A DNA stretch of 52,527 bases, filler included, from Sphacelaria rigidula (taxonomy: Eukaryota): NCBI GenBank assembly GCA_964200075.2. It is 3 parts of 3 records of this genome, joined end to end, with 100 filler letters (N's around TTAATTAATTAA, not from the genome) between each part and the next. Parts side by side here need not be neighbours in the genome. Positions count along the whole stretch, not along the records: positions 35,088 to 52,527 come from CAXNAA020001083.1; 2 more parts are not named here. One strand, 5' to 3'. A model generated the notes under the pieces. The model saw only the letters and a program-made list of their open reading frames with translations. It made no database searches and was not told the DNA's origin. Positions 48,538-52,527 of this stretch are shown one piece after another (position 1 is the first letter of the stretch; each line of letters begins with the position of its first letter). The position numbers and the translations under genes were made by a program.

Positions 48538-50027
48538 CAGGCTGGTTCACGGTGATCACCCAAAGTTGTGTCATCAGCAGATGCTTTCCGCAATACGCAC
48601 CCAATAGTCGCATATATGGTATTATACTGACCGCAATGAAGAGACGAAGAGGGTGATGTAGCCGGATTTTTGTTTAAGGCCGTAGCGGTGGCGCTATGGG
48701 CGAAAATGTGTCTGAGCCAATCAGCGCCCTTCAAACTGTTCCGAGATTGAAATTACGAATACCAAGCCCAATTTTCACCCAATCTCTACCTGCTTCAAAT
48801 CGTAGTAACTGTCATCGACACGGGAATCTATCGAGAATATCATATTATTTCAACGGTTACTACGGGAGTCGAATTATACCGGAAACCGGGATGTTTTGGT
48901 GGTGTCGGGTGTCGGCGTCGTCTGATTTCCACTAATGATACGCACGAAAGACCCAGGGAGCCTCGTGACTGTGTCCCCTATATCTGTTGTAGAAAAGCTC
49001 AGATCGCCCTCAAACGCGGCAGTTCTGTAGGTATTGATGCTCGAAATGGAAAAATTGTATTGTTGACAATATATAATGTTTTCTCCGTTCTCTACCGGCT
49101 TCCGGGGGTCCCAGCATGAAGACCCCCGAAAGGCGGTACATAATCTCCTAGAAGAAAATAATAAAATGATGCGTCCCGGGAGAGTCCAACGAACACATGT
49201 ACAAAGTTTGGTGGAGAAACTCGAAAACCTCACACACTTTTTCTTGCCTTGATGTGAAATTCACCGATAAAGACGTTTCCGTACTAAAACCAAGTAGTTA
49301 GGAGTTGCACGTTTCAAGCCCACGTCCTCCAAAAACGCTTACACGTTCACGCTGTCATTAGGAGTTAGATCCTGAAACTTTGCAAAAATATGCTGTGTAT
49401 CATTACGCAACTTTCTACGGACGATGTTTTTTGTACTTCTTGAGTTTTTCACCGTTTTTCGGGAGTCCGACGGGATCGAAGTCGTTTTTCGAAGTAGTCT
49501 CCATTCTGGGACCCCCAAAAAACGGCACCACGATATTTGTTTCTTCATTTTTTCGCGAACTATCTGCCTCCGCATAACCTAAGGATGGGCTCCACAATTT
49601 TTCGTCGCAAAAGTCGATCAGCTGATGCTTGAATTTCCATGTCACGCCAAAGAATCAAGTAGTTTGCGGTTTCACCGCGACACGGCAAAGTTCATCGCAC
49701 AAAAGCGAAAAACCTCACGCCGTTTTAAGGAGTTAGACCCTGAAATTTTGTACAACTGCTTTGGGTCATTACGCAACTTTGAATGAATGATTCTTATTTA
49801 TTTTTCATGTTGTTACCGTTTTACGGGGGTCCGATTGGGTCGAGGTTTCCCCCCAAAATCTGGGACCCCCGAAAAACGGTGAAAAGCAAAGAAGTAAAGG
49901 AGTAAAACTTTGCAAGTTGCGTAATTACCCATAGAAAAATTTTGCAAGATTTCAGGGTCTTACTCCTTAACACGGCGTGAGGTTTTGCCGATGAGAGTTT
50001 TTTGGGTGATCACCGTGAACCAGCCTG
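48538..50027. mobile_element. Tc1/mariner-type non-autonomous element, copy 2
   Basis: Perfect 27-bp TIR CAGGCTGGTTCACGGTGATCACCCAAA; TA TSD on both sides; no transposase ORF. Confidence 0.92.
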
Positions 50028-50236
50028 TAGAGTGTTGGGGGTCGTACCCAAAATGTCACTGGAAAGAGATCCCTAAAACCCTACCCCCAATTTGTGTGCT
50101 TTAAGTACGACTTTCAAAATACCCCGCAATTGAGTATAATCTACTCGACCTACCCTTGAAAGCTTGAAAGGATCGGATGAAGTTATTGATTCGTCTGGAA
50201 AAGTACTTGATTTTAGTGTGATTGGTTCGGACGGTA

Positions 50237-50496
50237 CACAGGTCGGACAGATCATGATCTGTCTGAAAATAACTTGCTTTCAGTATACTGATCCGGATCA
50301 TGATTCGGATCATTTTTGGCCTCCCTTTCCCATGTTTGCTCCCTGAAGCGCCGGATGCCGAGCACGCCGAGTAGTGCAAAGGTTGCGCTTTGACTTTTCC
50401 GACTCCACGGTCGCACATATCATGTTTTTTGGGCCAACGGATCCGAGAATCTCCTTCCATTACTTATTTGAGACGGATCATCATCTGTCCGACGTG
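50237..50496. mobile_element. MITE with GTCGGACAGAT TIR
   Basis: ~38-bp imperfect TIR and GGATCA repeats; the terminus resembles the 42183 family. Confidence 0.6.
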
Positions 50497-50784
50497 TAGT
50501 ACCGTGCGAATCAATCCGTAGGCGTTGTTTTCAGCGTGGCCTGGGGCTTGATGACCACGACACAACCACCATCGAGATCGATGACGTGCGTCTTGCTACT
50601 TGATCCCCTGGTGGGGTAGATGAACCACCCTCGATCGAGCCACGACTCGAGTCTGGGGGTGATCCATCCTAATGGTCTGCAGAGTTGCTCATGTTTCGTG
50701 CTTGCACTCAGCAGTACCTCTTATCCCGTCAGACTCCAAGCTAAAGAACTTCCAACATTGAATTTTTGATGGCGCGAAGTGTGG

Positions 50785-51281
50785 GGAGGCTTACGGGGCT
50801 CACAGAACTGTTAGGTGCCGGTACTGGATGAAAGTCTCACAGAAATCGCAGAACTTGTCATGTACGGTATGTGATACTTAAAAAAAAACCGTACCGGCAA
50901 TCGGGTATTTCTTCAAGAGCATACCCGTGCTCCGATTACCTGTAAACATTCTGGACAGAACTCAAAAACTGTCGGGTAAGGGTATGAGAGGCTCGCAGAA
51001 CTCACAGAAACCGTCAGGTAGGGTATAGAGGTTGCACAGGAAACCGTACCCGCAACCAGGTATCTTATCAAGAGCATACCCGTGCCCCCCGGTAGCGGTA
51101 TGGAAGGCTTACAAAACTCACAGGACTATGGGGTAAGGGTATGAAAATCTCACAGATATTGCAGAACTGTCGGGTACCGGTTTGAAAGTCTCACAGAGTT
51201 TGCAGAACTGTCGGGTACGGTAAATGCCCAGGGAAATACCCCGGGTATACAGAAAACCGTACCCTACAAAACACATCCTTG
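50785..51281. repeat. Subterminal-type array of CAGAACTGTCGGGTA motifs
   Basis: Motif repeated many times; reverse-complement fragment at ~33470-33540. Confidence 0.65.
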
Positions 51282-51299
51282 GAGGTTTTCAGTTTCTTC

Positions 51300-51860
51300 C
51301 TCGGTAACGCTTCAATATATGACGGTTCCAAACCAGGTGGACATGTCATGGGACTGTAATCTTTCGGCGGTAAACGGGTGAACTTTTCTTGACGGTAACA
51401 CCTTTGGCAAAGGCGGTAAAAGCAAAAACATGGCGGAAATTTTTCGATGAATCACAACGTGGCAGTAGTTTTTCCACGGTAAACGGGTTTTCCTTGTTTT
51501 TTACCGCAACTTAAAACGGTCAACCCAAACATTAAGGTAATATTTCTGCGGTAAACGGTTTTTTTTTCTCGACGGTAGCGTAAACAGTGGACCCAAACAT
51601 AGCGGTACTATAATATTCCGCGGTAAACGTTTTTTTTTCTTCTTGACCGTAAAGTAAACGCTAGACCCCAACATGTCGGTAATTTTTTCCCCGGTAATTT
51701 TTTTCTTGACGATGACGTAGACGGTAAATCCAAACATGTCGGTATTTACTCCGCTGTAAACGGTCTCCCCTCTTTTTTTTCTACGGTAACGTAAACGGTG
51801 AACTCAAACATGGTAATTTTTTCAGCGTTTAGCAGTTTCAACTTTTTGGCAGTAACATAT
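51300..51860. repeat. CGGTAAAC-rich array, probable transposon subterminal region
   Basis: Many CGGTAA(AC) copies in both orientations. Confidence 0.6.
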
Positions 51861-52527
51861 AAGGTATCTAAAACACGGTGATATTCTCTTGGTGGTGCAC
51901 GGTATCGGTGATGATTAAATTGTATCCTTTTCCCCCTTCGACAACAAAACAAGCGTGTCCATTATTGTTGAAAGCCAAACCTGTGTGTTATACCTGCCCC
52001 CCCCCCCCCCGAAAAAAGAGAGAGAGGGAGAGGAAAGGTTTCGAACAAGAAGGAGAAATACTTCCGAAACCAAAAAAAACATGACAGTAAAAAAAGAAGA
52101 AAAACGAAGATGAGATATAAATTTCATAGAGAGGAGATGAAAGAGGGAGAAAAAGGAGAAGAAGAATGAAAAAATATTGAATAGTACTCGGGTACAAAAC
52201 TCTGTTCTTACGCTTGATGGCCGATTTCCTGGTTACAGCCTCACTTTAACAGCTTAGGTGTACACAGGTTATTGTTTCCGTTGCTGCTGCTGTTGTTGTT
52301 GTTTTTGCCATCTTCTTCACATGAAAAACCGTTCCGATGTCTGCGCAGTACTTACTCCGTACTGGGCATCTGATGTGGACTCACAACAAGGCATCAGGAA
52401 ATCAAAATATATAATCGGACCCAGAAAAATTCACACAGACGCGATACAAAATACAAGGATACTTCCTTTGTCCCATAAGTAAAGTCCGTTATGGGCTTTT
52501 AATCGTTTGTGTATTCAAACTCTTCCG

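Noticed and set aside
50785-51860. CRISPR-like array
   Set aside because: Short degenerate motifs with irregular spacing, eukaryotic context and no cas genes.

Overview
Eukaryotic, repeat-rich DNA, most likely from a brown alga (inferred from long GT-AG introns, Pmp-like repeat exons, a tRNA-derived SINE and the transposon spectrum; not verified). The window is three probably unrelated contigs (1-17446, 17547-34987, 35088-52527; 17446, 17441 and 17440 bp) joined by artificial N44-TTAATTAATTAA-N44 linkers. Contig 1 holds nested transposon remnants, three tRNA-SINE copies, a hAT deletion derivative and three exons of a small membrane-protein gene (remotely FAM210/DUF1279-like). Contig 2 holds the main finding: a tandem array of ~2-2.6 kb units on the minus strand. 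Each unit carries one intact 81-nt phase 1-1 exon encoding a 27-aa GGAI...FxxN (Pmp/POMP-like beta-helix) repeat with variable positions. Six exons are present and the array runs off the contig end. A decayed Ty3/Gypsy element, MITEs and long palindromes sit in its introns. Contig 3 holds five candidate exons of an unidentified gene, one followed by its own inverted copy, plus many non-autonomous hAT and Tc1/mariner elements. All calls are from reading the sequence by eye; no searches were run.
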